Notes: a model not told the origin generated them from the letters alone. A DNA stretch of 64,000 bases from Calditrichales bacterium (GCA_965267575.1 OZ254086.1:32001-96000); one strand, 5' to 3'. Positions 8,914-19,145 are shown, numbered from the stretch's first letter. Made by a program: numbers and translations.

Positions 8914-11900
8914 TTAGTCGTTAATGCGCAGATAGCTGCCTTTAAAGTCCTGGTTACGTGCTTCGATAGTGGCCGCTTTTCCGGGCACCGGTATAAACTC
9001 AATTACTGCTCTACCGTTGGCCATCTCGATAATGTCGCTTCCGAAGGGCAAACCGCTGTGTTTTAAAAGTTCGCCGGGGCCATATGCACTAAAATAAATG
9101 CGCTGATTATAATCCAGACAGCGGCGGCCGTTTTTGTCCACAGCGAGCGCTTCAATCTGGTAGCGGCCGTTTTCAAGTTTGTGTATTTTAAGGGCTATTT
9201 CAGCGGCCTTGCCAAACGGCTCTTCATAATAATTTACATCGACTGTATCACTGTGAACAACGCTGCCGCTCTTTTTCCCCAAGGCAACCAGCCGGTTTGC
9301 GCCATTTACAAAGGGAACCTCCCATTGAAGGCCATGAGCCGGAAATTGTCCATAAATGCGTTCCTTCTCGCCGAGCGATTTACCATTCAGCAACAACTCC
9401 ACGCCGCCGCAGTTGCTGAAGACATCCACAAGGTTGGCATTTACGCCGGCCAAGCGTTCCGTCCACGTGGGCGATTCGATGTATACAAACGGGTCATCAC
9501 CCCAATAGCTTTTGAATACATAATAAGCGTCCTTTGGATTACCTTCACGGTCGACGAGGCCTTTTTGATTCAAATATGGTATGGCGTTTTCGGGTCTCAG
9601 AGGTGTACCAAAATCCTTAAAAGCCCATTGCGCGTTCCCGGTAAACCACTCCAGTTTCTCGGAAACGGACAGGTGCCAGTCGAACAGGTCAACGATATAG
9701 CTTTCGGACCAGTCCCCTTCCCTGGCAATATTATTAACTTTCACCTGGTTCACAGCCTCTTCCCACTCATTGGGATTCAAAACACCTTCGCCGGTAATGG
9801 GATTTGTGACATGCCGCCCCACGTGACTAGAACCGCCATATTCGGCATGAATGAATCGGGGATACTTGCTGCGGGCGTCTTCCAGGGCTCTTTCATAATT
9901 CGTATAAACGCCTGAATACCAGCCCGCCCAAATAGACGGCGAAAAAACGTCTACAATATCAGCGCCCTCGTAATACTTCCTAATAGCCGTTTTGCGCGAA
10001 GGATCAAGCTTATGGGCAATATCATTCAATTCTGAGAGGAAAGCACGCATCCGTGTGTCGTCGTCGCCACCTTCAAAGTCCGGCAGCCAATACATTTCGT
10101 TGCCCAATGACCACATAATTATTGAGGGATGATTAAAATTCTGGAGAATCTGTTCCTTCAGCAAGCGCTTTGTATTGTCCTGCCAAACCTCTTCGCCCAT
10201 GCCGCCGCGGCACCAGGGCAGTTCATCCCAGACCAGAAGCCCAAGCTCATCGCATGTTTTATAAACTTCCAGATCCTGGGGATAGTGCCCCAAGCGTACA
10301 AAATTGGCTCCCATCTCCTTAATCATTTCCATATCGCGCCGGTGCAGGCTGTCAGGCATGGCCGCGCCGTAAAAGGCGTGCTCTTCGTGGCGGTGCGTTC
10401 CGCGCAGTAACAGCCTTTTGCCGTTCAAATAAAACGGACCGTTTTCTTCAAACTCAAACCAGCGTAAACCAAACCTTTCTTCAACTCTGTCTGTACCATT
10501 GCCGCTTTCAAGTTCAACAATCATTGTATACAGATGAGGCGTGTCCGGAGACCAAAGAAGCGGCTTTGCGATTTCGGGAAACGACAAAAGAGCTTTGCCG
10601 GCGGTTACTTTCGCTTTGGCCCGGGCAACTTCCTTGCCAGCTGCATCAACAATTGACGCCTTCAGGCTCAGGGTTTTGTCCTCGCTGCTTACGATCACTT
10701 CGGCCTCAACACGAGCTTGGTCCGCACTAACCTGTGGCGTTCGAATTTCAATGCGCCGGATATGGCTCTCCGGAACCATCTTTAGCCAGACGTCGCGCGT
10801 GATGCCGCCGTAAATAAAAAAGTCCGACTTTTGTGATGGGATGATATTACGGTCGACGCTATTATCAACACGCACATGGATTATATTCTCACCGGCCTTG
10901 AGATAAGGCGTCACATCAATTTCAAAGCCGACGTATCCTCCCACATGCCCGCCTGCCTTTTGACCATTCACGAAAAAATCCGTCGTGATATTGGCGCCTT
11001 CGAAATACAGAAAACAGCGTTCGGCGGAAGACAGTTCTTCGATTGTCAACCGTTTTTCATACCAGCCGGCGTCGCGCCTGTAGCCCGGTTCCGAATCCAT
11101 AACATCCGTTGTATTCCAGGTATGAGGTAAGTCAATCTTTTGCCACGGTGCCGCCGCTTTGCGCATTCCGCTCAGATCAGGAGCATTATCTTGCAGATAA
11201 AACCAATCACGGTTAATGTTTATCAAGCGACGCTTCGCCGGCGTTTCTGCCGGAATATCCGGTTGCTCCAGCCGCCACAGTTTTTCAATGCACTCGCTCA
11301 AATAGTAATCACCGGCCGGGAAGGATTCATCGACCCCCCAATCCTTGTGGTAATTATAAACAGTGTGGATCAGCAGATCCTGTTCCGTGTCCCTGCTTGA
11401 ACTTATATAGGTATAGTTTTTAATTAACGATTGTATTAGTGCAACGGCTTTTTCCCGGGCGGATAAAACAGCATTTCTTTCCGACTCCACATCGGCAAGA
11501 AGCAAAAGGCCGGAAGCGGCGATCGCGGCGGCGGAAGCGTCACGAGGAACATCGTCCCCGCTAAGCGAAAGATCCCAGTATGGCACATTGTCTTGTGGCA
11601 GATTGGTCAGAAAATATTTGGCCATCTTACGGGAAGCATTCAGGAAGGGCTTGTATCCCGTATGTCTGAAAGCATTGGCAAAACCGTATATCCCCCAGGC
11701 CTGTCCACGTGCCCAGGTTGTCTCATCGGCAAGTCCCTGATGTGTAAACTGTTTCAGCAATTCACCGCTTTGCGGGTCAAACTCCGCCACATGAAAGGAA
11801 GAAAAATTGTCACGTACGAGAACGTCCAGCGTGGTCAGCGCGTGCCGGTAAGCGACATCGTAATAGGCGTAGTCCCCGGTTTCCTGCCAGGCCCAGAAAA

Positions 11901-12420
11901 GCAGCTCCAGGTTCATCATCGTATCGATGATCATCCAGCCCGCTTTTGATTCCGAGCCCAGCTTGCCCCAGGCGCGGATAAATTCTCCGGCGGGGTTAAA
12001 TCGCCGCATCAGCATATTGGCAGCCTGCAGTCCGGCATCGCGGTATTTTGCTTCACCCGTTTCCTGATAAGCCCGGACTACGGAAGGCAAAAAGATAAAA
12101 CCCATATCATGAGTATAATCAATCCCGGCGTATTCAAGCAGATTGTCGCTCAATTCCAGTGCAGCGTCCCGCAACTCTTCATCACCACTGATTGCGTAAA
12201 AGGCCCACAACTCACCGGCCAAAAAACCGGAAAACCAGTTGACTTTTTCGCGGTATTGCCAGGTGCCTTCCACGGTATATTCGGGCCAGCGCCCGTCGAA
12301 CCATTCAACCTTTTCCAGCACCCGCTTTTGCAGCGGCTTCATATCTGCCATGTCTAAAATAGTGCCGGAATTTACGGCGCAAAAAAGCGTCAGCACGAGG
12401 AATACCTTAATTGTTTTCAT
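8914..12420 (-). CDS. secreted GH88 unsaturated glucuronyl hydrolase fused to a GH2 glycosidase
   Basis: N-terminal part has WFSGF, HDMGF, IIDTMMNL, WARGQAWGIYGF, DASAAAIAASG (GH88); C-terminal part has LPHTWN, FEGAN, YGGITRDV, RLGHYPQ, NHPSIIMWSLGNE, AEYG (GH2). Confidence 0.9.
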   Translation of the reverse strand: MKTIKVFLVLTLFCAVNSGTILDMADMKPLQKRVLEKVEWFDGRWPEYTVEGTWQYREKVNWFSGFLAGELWAFYAISGDEELRDAALELSDNLLEYAGIDYTHDMGFIFLPSVVRAYQETGEAKYRDAGLQAANMLMRRFNPAGEFIRAWGKLGSESKAGWMIIDTMMNLELLFWAWQETGDYAYYDVAYRHALTTLDVLVRDNFSSFHVAEFDPQSGELLKQFTHQGLADETTWARGQAWGIYGFANAFRHTGYKPFLNASRKMAKYFLTNLPQDNVPYWDLSLSGDDVPRDASAAAIAASGLLLLADVESERNAVLSAREKAVALIQSLIKNYTYISSSRDTEQDLLIHTVYNYHKDWGVDESFPAGDYYLSECIEKLWRLEQPDIPAETPAKRRLININRDWFYLQDNAPDLSGMRKAAAPWQKIDLPHTWNTTDVMDSEPGYRRDAGWYEKRLTIEELSSAERCFLYFEGANITTDFFVNGQKAGGHVGGYVGFEIDVTPYLKAGENIIHVRVDNSVDRNIIPSQKSDFFIYGGITRDVWLKMVPESHIRRIEIRTPQVSADQARVEAEVIVSSEDKTLSLKASIVDAAGKEVARAKAKVTAGKALLSFPEIAKPLLWSPDTPHLYTMIVELESGNGTDRVEERFGLRWFEFEENGPFYLNGKRLLLRGTHRHEEHAFYGAAMPDSLHRRDMEMIKEMGANFVRLGHYPQDLEVYKTCDELGLLVWDELPWCRGGMGEEVWQDNTKRLLKEQILQNFNHPSIIMWSLGNEMYWLPDFEGGDDDTRMRAFLSELNDIAHKLDPSRKTAIRKYYEGADIVDVFSPSIWAGWYSGVYTNYERALEDARSKYPRFIHAEYGGSSHVGRHVTNPITGEGVLNPNEWEEAVNQVKVNNIAREGDWSESYIVDLFDWHLSVSEKLEWFTGNAQWAFKDFGTPLRPENAIPYLNQKGLVDREGNPKDAYYVFKSYWGDDPFVYIESPTWTERLAGVNANLVDVFSNCGGVELLLNGKSLGEKERIYGQFPAHGLQWEVPFVNGANRLVALGKKSGSVVHSDTVDVNYYEEPFGKAAEIALKIHKLENGRYQIEALAVDKNGRRCLDYNQRIYFSAYGPGELLKHSGLPFGSDIIEMANGRAVIEFIPVPGKAATIEARNQDFKGSYLRIND

Positions 12421-13621
12421 TAATCGCTACCGGTTGATTTAATTCTGAAAGCGTTTGTTCTATCCATTTTTCAAAATCGGCTTTGGTTGTTATTCCGGAG
12501 GGTTCTTTGTCCCAGCACGCGCCAAAAGCGTAGGAGATTTCGGGCAGGGCCTCTTTAAACACCACGATGTAACTGTAATCATTTTGGGACAATCGCTCTA
12601 CATCCGCCTTGCGGTAGAACAGGGCCAGACCAAGGCTATCTTGCGGTGAAGAGAGGCTTTGAGTGCCCCATGTGGCAAGCGCCTCCCATGGCGCTTCTGC
12701 AGAGCGACTTACAATTACATCCATACCGGGATTTTTTACCAGCCCTGTACAAAGGGCACCGGGATAATTCGTCATTATTTCGTGCATGGTAATTCGTTTG
12801 CCGGCAGAAATTGAGAGAACGGAAGTCAGATGAGATTTGACATCAAGGGGCTGCCAGCCAAACCAGTCGGTTTCAACCTCGGCATAAACCGGGCCGTCCG
12901 CACGCACGCGGCAATGCACACTGTCAATGTTTTCAAAGTGGATCAGGGAATCTTCCGTAAATGCCGCAATGCTTCCAATTCCCAGGGAATTGCCAACTTT
13001 CAGCAGATCCATTCCCCATGGCTGCATTTCGTGATACGAGGCAGCGTCTTCCGTATCAATATCCGGCAAAACCATTGCATTGGTTTTTTTACCGAAAATA
13101 TCGATCGCATTACGACCATCAAGATAAAAGCGGTAAGCGACTTTATCGGATTCCCAGCCGGGTCCTTCATAGCGGATCAAGCCGTCGTGGGCCACGTGCT
13201 CAGCAGGTACACGAAACTCCTTAATGTTTTTAAACTTACCGCCCACATAAACACCGTCTTCAAACACAGCATCATGTTTAACTGAAATTTCCGCATAGGC
13301 GCGTGGCACCGACCTTACCGGATGATCGGCTTGCACCAGATTGACTGTCTTCGTTTCGCCGGCGGCCAGATCGATGAGAAAAGCGATGCTTTCCGCAATA
13401 CCGTCTTGATTGCGATCTAATACCTGTGTCGGTAAAAGCGAATCGCCATGGCGAATAGTCAACTGCTCTCCAACAGTCATCGCCGTAGGAACTATTGTTT
13501 CGACAAGAATATCTGATCGATTTTGGCCGGCTGGGTTGGTAAGTGTCAACGTTTTTTCCGTCCCGCTACCGGAACATGAAATAAGACAGCAGACCGTTAA
13601 CGCCAAAAAAAAAGTTTTCAT
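12407..13621 (-). CDS. DUF4861-family lipoprotein
   Basis: Lipobox-like LISC; EGPGWESDKVAYRFY, IDIFGK, WGMDLLKVGNSLGIG. Confidence 0.8.
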   Translation of the reverse strand: MKTFFLALTVCCLISCSGSGTEKTLTLTNPAGQNRSDILVETIVPTAMTVGEQLTIRHGDSLLPTQVLDRNQDGIAESIAFLIDLAAGETKTVNLVQADHPVRSVPRAYAEISVKHDAVFEDGVYVGGKFKNIKEFRVPAEHVAHDGLIRYEGPGWESDKVAYRFYLDGRNAIDIFGKKTNAMVLPDIDTEDAASYHEMQPWGMDLLKVGNSLGIGSIAAFTEDSLIHFENIDSVHCRVRADGPVYAEVETDWFGWQPLDVKSHLTSVLSISAGKRITMHEIMTNYPGALCTGLVKNPGMDVIVSRSAEAPWEALATWGTQSLSSPQDSLGLALFYRKADVERLSQNDYSYIVVFKEALPEISYAFGACWDKEPSGITTKADFEKWIEQTLSELNQPVAINENN

Positions 13622-14790
13622 GATTTTGTCCATAAAAGAGGTTGGCGGATAGGATTGTTGCGAATGACTTCTTCGTTTTTCGGGTCCGCTTCCAGTGTTT
13701 CCCAGACCTCGATATATGCGGGTTTGTTTAATGCTTTCCCGGCAAGCAAAAGAGAAATGTGGCGGATAGGATAAAACTCAAAATATTGCACATCCGGCGG
13801 ATAGGGCCATGTGCTTTTGTCTTTGATATAAGGGAACATAAAATCCATTGCCTTAGCAATACTTTTACCGTCCACGCTGTGTCGCCAAAGGTCGTCTCCT
13901 TCCGTCGAAAGCACATGGCAGATCATGGCCATACCGTCCAGGTTGAACAAGGCGTAGTTATATGGCTTGGTGCGTTCCAGCTCCAAGGGGAAGCTTCCGT
14001 CTTCCGCTGTTTGATTTGGTAAAAGCGTGTTTTTAAAGTGTTCCCTGCAGAATTCACGGATGCTATCGTTGCCTGTAAAGTCAGCAAAAACAGCAACCTG
14101 TGCCGTCCACCATGTACCGTGATTATTGGGATGGTCGCGTTCGCTAATGCCGTATTCGTGCGTCGTAAGCCAGCTGACATAATCAGAGAACCAGCTTTTG
14201 ATCGCTTCCAACTTCTCACCCCTTAGAGCACCTTCGCGCTCCAAAACCTGTGCGGAACGCGCCACTTCCATCAGGTGAATTGTATCGATTATGCCAATGC
14301 CCCTACCGCTGACCCTACCTTTTATTGCCTGCGAATAGAGCAGATTCGGACTCATGCGTGTGGCATCGGCGACAAACCAGGCCTCCATATGCTCAATTGC
14401 CTTTTGAGCATATTTTTCATCTTTGGTTAACAGGTAAGCGGCGGTAAGAGTGGCGGCATGAATACTGAGCCGGCGCATGGCCAGACGATGATCATCGAAA
14501 TTGCCGGGATTGGAGAGCCCGTCACGTCGAATGTAAGGTCCATCCGGATTGTCGGGATCTGGCCACCAATAGTCGCCCTCGGAATAGTAATCGTGCAATC
14601 CACCCAGACTTCTTTCCGAACGGGCTGCGGTCACGGTAATCGGCTTTTTGTCTAGCAATGTGTCTGCCGCATTTACGACCCGTTCATATTCAAGATCATG
14701 CAGATCAACTGCCTGATTAGTGCACGTACAAAAAAAGCCGGTCATCAGTAACATAGTTACCGCAGTCTTAAAACCCATATTCGCAACCAT
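13618..14790 (-). CDS. second PF05426/PL38-like polysaccharide lyase
   Basis: HDYYSEGDYWWP, PYIRRDG, GRGIGIIDT, NNHGTWW, ERTKPYNY; paralogue of 6856-8070. Confidence 0.87.
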   Translation of the reverse strand: MVANMGFKTAVTMLLMTGFFCTCTNQAVDLHDLEYERVVNAADTLLDKKPITVTAARSERSLGGLHDYYSEGDYWWPDPDNPDGPYIRRDGLSNPGNFDDHRLAMRRLSIHAATLTAAYLLTKDEKYAQKAIEHMEAWFVADATRMSPNLLYSQAIKGRVSGRGIGIIDTIHLMEVARSAQVLEREGALRGEKLEAIKSWFSDYVSWLTTHEYGISERDHPNNHGTWWTAQVAVFADFTGNDSIREFCREHFKNTLLPNQTAEDGSFPLELERTKPYNYALFNLDGMAMICHVLSTEGDDLWRHSVDGKSIAKAMDFMFPYIKDKSTWPYPPDVQYFEFYPIRHISLLLAGKALNKPAYIEVWETLEADPKNEEVIRNNPIRQPLLWTKS

Positions 14791-14795
14791 TCATT

Positions 14796-14815
14796 TTTGT
14801 AAGATGTATTACAAA
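14796..14815. promoter_or_regulatory. palindromic operator candidate overlapping the PUL transcription start
   Basis: TTTGTAA-N6-TTACAAA lies directly downstream of the -10 box. Confidence 0.45.
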
Positions 14816-14819
14816 TATG

Positions 14820-14848
14820 ATTCTAAGAATATATCCGTTTTTTGTCAA
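14820..14848 (-). promoter_or_regulatory. sigma70-type promoter for the uronate operon
   Basis: Minus strand TTGACA-N17-TAGAAT upstream of 14790. Confidence 0.7.
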
Positions 14849-15005
14849 GAAAATTTATCTGCTGATATGAGCGTTGCCAACAACACGGCGGGGAACCGTT
14901 TGCTGAGAGCGAAGGCAGGGGTCTGTCCGGCATTAAAACAGATGACTATTTTTATTTTTGCGGCGTTTTATTATGCCCTATTCATAGCAGAACATTCCGG
15001 TTTAA

Positions 15006-17345
15006 TCAATAGACAAGCTTTTGCTTTAAATACTGGTCAACCTTGATTTTGCCGGAATTTATTATATCGTTTCCTCTGTGCTTGTTGTTTTTTTCACCCC
15101 ACAATAAGGCAACAAGTTCTACCGGGTTATTTTTAAATGTATTGTTGGATAGATCTACGTTGATAATACCGCGGGTCTTTAGCAAAATCTTGCTTTCCTC
15201 TTTTTCTCCGCAGTTTCTAAAAGTGCTGCTATTAACGGTCAAATTTCCACCAATCGTCGATTCATCGTATCCGCCACGATAAAAATTGATCACGTTTTTT
15301 TGTACGTTTTCAAACGTGCAGCCGGCGATGGTGACGAACTCCGCGTTATAGTCGCCCAGGTCGTCGCTCTCAGCTGCCAACACCAACCCGTTAACGCAAT
15401 TCGTGATGGTCGTAGCTTCAAAAGTTAAGGAATCCGCGAAAGAGCCCTTGTAAGATTTCAGCACAAATTGGAAATCCCGGATACTACAATTGCTTAGCGA
15501 AATATTGTAAGCCGCGGACATATTTTTTTCCTTGCTGCCAAAAGCGAACTGCTCCATCTTGCCTTGCAGAGAAACATTTTGCAGAACTAGATTTCCTTTG
15601 GGATGCATTTCAAACAGCGCGGAGTTGGCCGCTCCGGAATAGCTAAGGGTTACTCCAGTTTTGTTTTTGGCCCTGATTGTAATCTGTTTATTAATAACAA
15701 GCGGCTCTTCAATTTGATATGTGCCGGCGGCCAACTCCAGGATATCCCCCGCTTTGGCCTGTTCAAGCATTCCGGAAATTGATTCGGCGGTTACCTTGTG
15801 TATTTGCGGTTTTACCTCAGCCTTATCAACGGAAAACCACTTCGCGCCATATTCCTTTATATTAAAATTTACGATGGCCTGAGAAGCTTCTCCGCTAATT
15901 GCACCAACCCGGTTTGATCCTTTTCTGCTGTTGCCAAAAATGTCAGTTTCGATTTCTTCAAAGCCAAAACCCTGATAGCTGCTTTGCAAAGCATCATCCT
16001 GTCCTGTGGCAGGTACAAAAAGCCAGTCTGAAAGCTTTTCCATTTCCAGGTCAACGCTTTTGATGCCTTCGTATTTTAGCTGATGATCCCGGTTATCTAT
16101 TACGTTGCCTTTAAACTCAATGCCATCCACTTTGTCGTAGGCCTTTAAAGGCAACTCGTCCGCTTCTTCGTTATAAATAAGGTTATTGGCCATCACCACG
16201 CGTGTTGGGCGTGCAGAGCGAATTTCCCGGTCGGGCAGCACCTCTTTTTTGTCCATGTTGGCGCCCACACTTATATGCCATGGTGTTTCACAATCGATCC
16301 ATGAATTGTAAGCGACAACCACATCGGTAACCTGGTTATAGCGATTAAGCGGTGATTTCGGTATGCCATTCATTAAAGCTAATGGCGCTCTGAATTCATC
16401 TGCTTTGAGCTTGTAGAAATAGTTGTTAGTTACCCAGTGCCCCGTATTGATAACCCGGATGCCGCCGACAAAGTCCGACTCATCGCTTCCAATAAAAAAA
16501 TTGCCGTCGACAACACAGTAGTTGCCATGCCGCATCACCAGAGAGCCTTCGCATTCAAAAAAGATGTTGTTTCTGAATTCGTTAAAGTTGGATTTGCTGG
16601 AGATGACTTCGACTTCGCCGTTGCAGCGTTCGAATAAATTATTACTAACATTTATATAAGACGGCGTCATTGACGTATTGCTGGCCCCGATTTGCATCGT
16701 TTCCGCTTTTGGTCCCCCTTTGCGCGGCCGTGGCCCAAAATGGTTGTTTGTTATCTGGTGGTAATTACGAATGTTCTCATTACCGCTTAAATATACGCGG
16801 ATGGTTGGACCCTGGTTGGATTTGCCGGCGATGTAACAATGGTCCAGCTGGTTATGCCTGCCCCAGAATTCTACCCAATGATCGGCGTCGTAGCGGTTAA
16901 GCTGCGTAAAATCTTCAATAACGCAATGGGTAACACGGCAATGGTTAGCTATTCTTTCATCATCGATTCTAAATTCGATAACTGCATCGTCGGGCGTGTA
17001 GCCGTTTTTAAAATAGAGCCCTTCGACAACCAGGTATTCGCCGCCAATTTTTAAGCATGATTCACCTTCGATAGAGACCTTGCCCGGTGTTTCCGCCCGC
17101 AGCTTGATTGGTTTATCTTCTGTACCCTTGCCGTAAAAGAGAATTTTAACATCTTGCCAGACTCCATTGGCGAGAACAATTTCGTCGCCGGCACGCGCTG
17201 TTTGAATGGCGTTTTCTAATTCCTGATGATCATTTACAACAACCGTTTTTGTAAAAGAGAATCCGTTGCTTGCGCTCAATATGATCGCCGCACTTAAAAG
17301 AGATAGAATCTTAAACATATGCTGAAAACCTTTTCCTTTATGCAT
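15006..17345 (-). CDS. PL6 polysaccharide lyase (chondroitinase-B-type beta-helix, two domains)
   Basis: AGDEIVLANG, GEYLVVEGLYF, GPRPRKGGPKAETMQIG, CNGEVEVISSKS, RHG, GGYDESTIGG. Confidence 0.9.
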   Translation of the reverse strand: MHKGKGFQHMFKILSLLSAAIILSASNGFSFTKTVVVNDHQELENAIQTARAGDEIVLANGVWQDVKILFYGKGTEDKPIKLRAETPGKVSIEGESCLKIGGEYLVVEGLYFKNGYTPDDAVIEFRIDDERIANHCRVTHCVIEDFTQLNRYDADHWVEFWGRHNQLDHCYIAGKSNQGPTIRVYLSGNENIRNYHQITNNHFGPRPRKGGPKAETMQIGASNTSMTPSYINVSNNLFERCNGEVEVISSKSNFNEFRNNIFFECEGSLVMRHGNYCVVDGNFFIGSDESDFVGGIRVINTGHWVTNNYFYKLKADEFRAPLALMNGIPKSPLNRYNQVTDVVVAYNSWIDCETPWHISVGANMDKKEVLPDREIRSARPTRVVMANNLIYNEEADELPLKAYDKVDGIEFKGNVIDNRDHQLKYEGIKSVDLEMEKLSDWLFVPATGQDDALQSSYQGFGFEEIETDIFGNSRKGSNRVGAISGEASQAIVNFNIKEYGAKWFSVDKAEVKPQIHKVTAESISGMLEQAKAGDILELAAGTYQIEEPLVINKQITIRAKNKTGVTLSYSGAANSALFEMHPKGNLVLQNVSLQGKMEQFAFGSKEKNMSAAYNISLSNCSIRDFQFVLKSYKGSFADSLTFEATTITNCVNGLVLAAESDDLGDYNAEFVTIAGCTFENVQKNVINFYRGGYDESTIGGNLTVNSSTFRNCGEKEESKILLKTRGIINVDLSNNTFKNNPVELVALLWGEKNNKHRGNDIINSGKIKVDQYLKQKLVY

Positions 17346-17918
17346 TTCATACCTGGTTCCGTGAAAGGAACGTATCCCGCAAGACTACATAATACGCAAT
17401 AAAAACAAGCAGACCGGTACTTTTGAGACTCATAGTTCCTTCCTCCAAGAAGAATTAGGCAATAAAATATCACAGCGCACGACACCGGGCAACTTAGAGT
17501 TTTTAGATTTTAAGTGCTTCTTGAATAGGCCGTGTCCCACCGTGGGAAAAATGTCATCACTCCTAAAACAGCCTTCATCTGCCGCTGGTCAAGCTGGAGT
17601 TTCTTAACCAGCTTTTCAAACTTCTCACGATATCTGGTAGAAAAGGTCCAGGTTAAATAATCTTCGGAATGGGATACGCCAAATAACGGAAATTTCTGCT
17701 TCAGGAAATCGGGGCAGACCGAGCAACTGGTCACCTTCCCCATCGAGACATTAAAACAGTCCTGTGTAGGCTTCAACGGGTTGGGCTGATTCAGCGCGAG
17801 CCCATGAAAACAGAGAGCGGCCGCTGGATACGCGGCTATAACTATTACCGCATTCTAAAATAAAAAACTTGAGATTGCCCGTCTTAACATGTAAACATCC
17901 TGCAGGAAAGGACGGGCA

Positions 17919-18560
17919 ATGGCCAGAAAAAAATCACAAAAAGGAGATAAAGAGTTGAAATTGCCCGTTTTAAACAATACGATCCCGGAAAGGGACACAT
18001 CAGGCGGTGTTGGCGCAGACGCGCCGCCTTTAACACGGAGCGTTAACAGCATTATGATTGCCAACCGTCTTACGCTGCTGACAGGTCAGTGGAGCATCGT
18101 GCAGAAAGATATCGCCCGGCGCACGGGGCCGCCGTCCACCCTGTCGCTGGTCTTCACCGCGCAGATCAATCTTTCCACAAAGTACATGGCGCGGATTGCC
18201 GATTTCTTCATGGTCAGCCTGGACTGGCTGGTCTGGGGCGATGCGCATTCCAACCGTCTGCTGCCGGCGGGCAGGCTGCTAAACAAATACACATCTATGA
18301 TCGCATTGCGCTATGTGCTGCTGAATGCCAATCGCAAAAAACAATATTACACGATCATCACCACGCTGGCGGCGGACAACATCGCGGCCAAACCGCAAAA
18401 ATCGGATTCCGCTCCAGTCGGCCACATCTGGCACAGCGCCGTTCCCGTGCTCTACATCCCGCAGGATGCCACCCTGATGCAGGCCATCGTCCACCTGGAC
18501 AACCGCTGGGCCCGCTCGCTTTTGAAAGACATACCAAATAAAAAAGTCCAATATAAATAA
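17919..18560 (+). CDS. putative XRE/Cro-like HTH regulator, possibly decayed
   Basis: QKDIARRTG...STLS...YMARIADFFMVSLDWLVWG resembles an XRE HTH. Confidence 0.45.
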   Translation: MARKKSQKGDKELKLPVLNNTIPERDTSGGVGADAPPLTRSVNSIMIANRLTLLTGQWSIVQKDIARRTGPPSTLSLVFTAQINLSTKYMARIADFFMVSLDWLVWGDAHSNRLLPAGRLLNKYTSMIALRYVLLNANRKKQYYTIITTLAADNIAAKPQKSDSAPVGHIWHSAVPVLYIPQDATLMQAIVHLDNRWARSLLKDIPNKKVQYK

Positions 18561-18574
18561 AGGAGAATGACGCT

Positions 18575-18886
18575 ATGGACAGCCAAAATAAAGATATGCT
18601 GCAACTTCTGGAGAAAATCCAGTAAGAACTGGTTCGGATAAGGGAGACGCTCCAGCTTTCTGAAAAGACCGCCTTTTCAATAGACGAAGCCTCTGCCTTT
18701 ATGGGTATTCCCAAAAATACGTTGTATTATTATACCCACCGCCAGGTAATTCCCTATTACAAAACAGGGAAGAGGGTCTTTTTTAAAAAAGAGGATCTGG
18801 TGGCCTTTATTCTCAACGAGAAAAACCGCTACGAAGTTGACGCAAAAATGGCTTCGGAATTAAACAGTTTTTTCTTCAAAAATTGA
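18575..18886 (+). pseudogene. excisionase-like HTH_17 gene interrupted by a nonsense codon
   Basis: AGGAG RBS and ATG at 18575; in-frame TAA at 18623-18625; continues FSIDEASAFMGIPKNTLYYYTHRQVIPYYKTGKRVFF; similar to 51862-52209. Confidence 0.7.
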
Positions 18887-18926
18887 AAAAATGGAGGCCG
18901 GAGCAAAATCAAAAGGGGCCAAAAAG

Positions 18927-18945
18927 TGTTAGCAGTTGTTAGCAG
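18927..18945 (+). repeat. tandem direct repeat TGTTAGCAG x2, possible integrase arm-type sites
   Basis: Two 9-mers with a 10-bp period next to the att remnant. Confidence 0.4.
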
Positions 18946-18950
18946 AAATT

Positions 18951-18988
18951 AAAAAAGCCCTTGTTTAGATCAATAAAAACAAGGGCTT
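18951..18988 (-). terminator. intrinsic terminator following the tRNA 3' remnant
   Basis: 12-bp perfect stem AAGCCCTTGTTT/AAACAAGGGCTT followed by a T-run on the minus strand. Confidence 0.7.
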
Positions 18989-18990
18989 AC

Positions 18991-19015
18991 GCTCCGGCGG
19001 TAGGACTCGAACCTA
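18991..19015 (-). other. tRNA 3'-end fragment (Asn-like), att site
   Basis: Minus strand TAGGTTCGAGTCCTACCGCCGGAGC gives a T-arm plus 3' acceptor strand ending GGAGC; no D or anticodon arm upstream. Confidence 0.8.
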
Positions 19016-19145
19016 GACCTAGACCTACCAGAAACAACAAAAAAGAACACAAACAGAAAGCAAAATAAACTTAATATTTACAGTATTTTATGGCTTAATC
19101 AATGGATTTGAATTATTTGTTCTTTTTCCTTATTTTTCGATCGAA

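Noticed and set aside
17347-17433. 28-codon ORF with a strong RBS just upstream of the PL6 gene
   Set aside because: Too short and without a motif; could be a leader or remnant but is unsupported.
17510-17776. 88-aa ORF, possible transposase remnant
   Set aside because: No recognisable catalytic motif or terminal inverted repeats; cannot be assigned.
18991-19015. Intact tRNA gene
   Set aside because: Only the T-arm and 3' acceptor strand are present; the upstream sequence cannot form anticodon or D arms.
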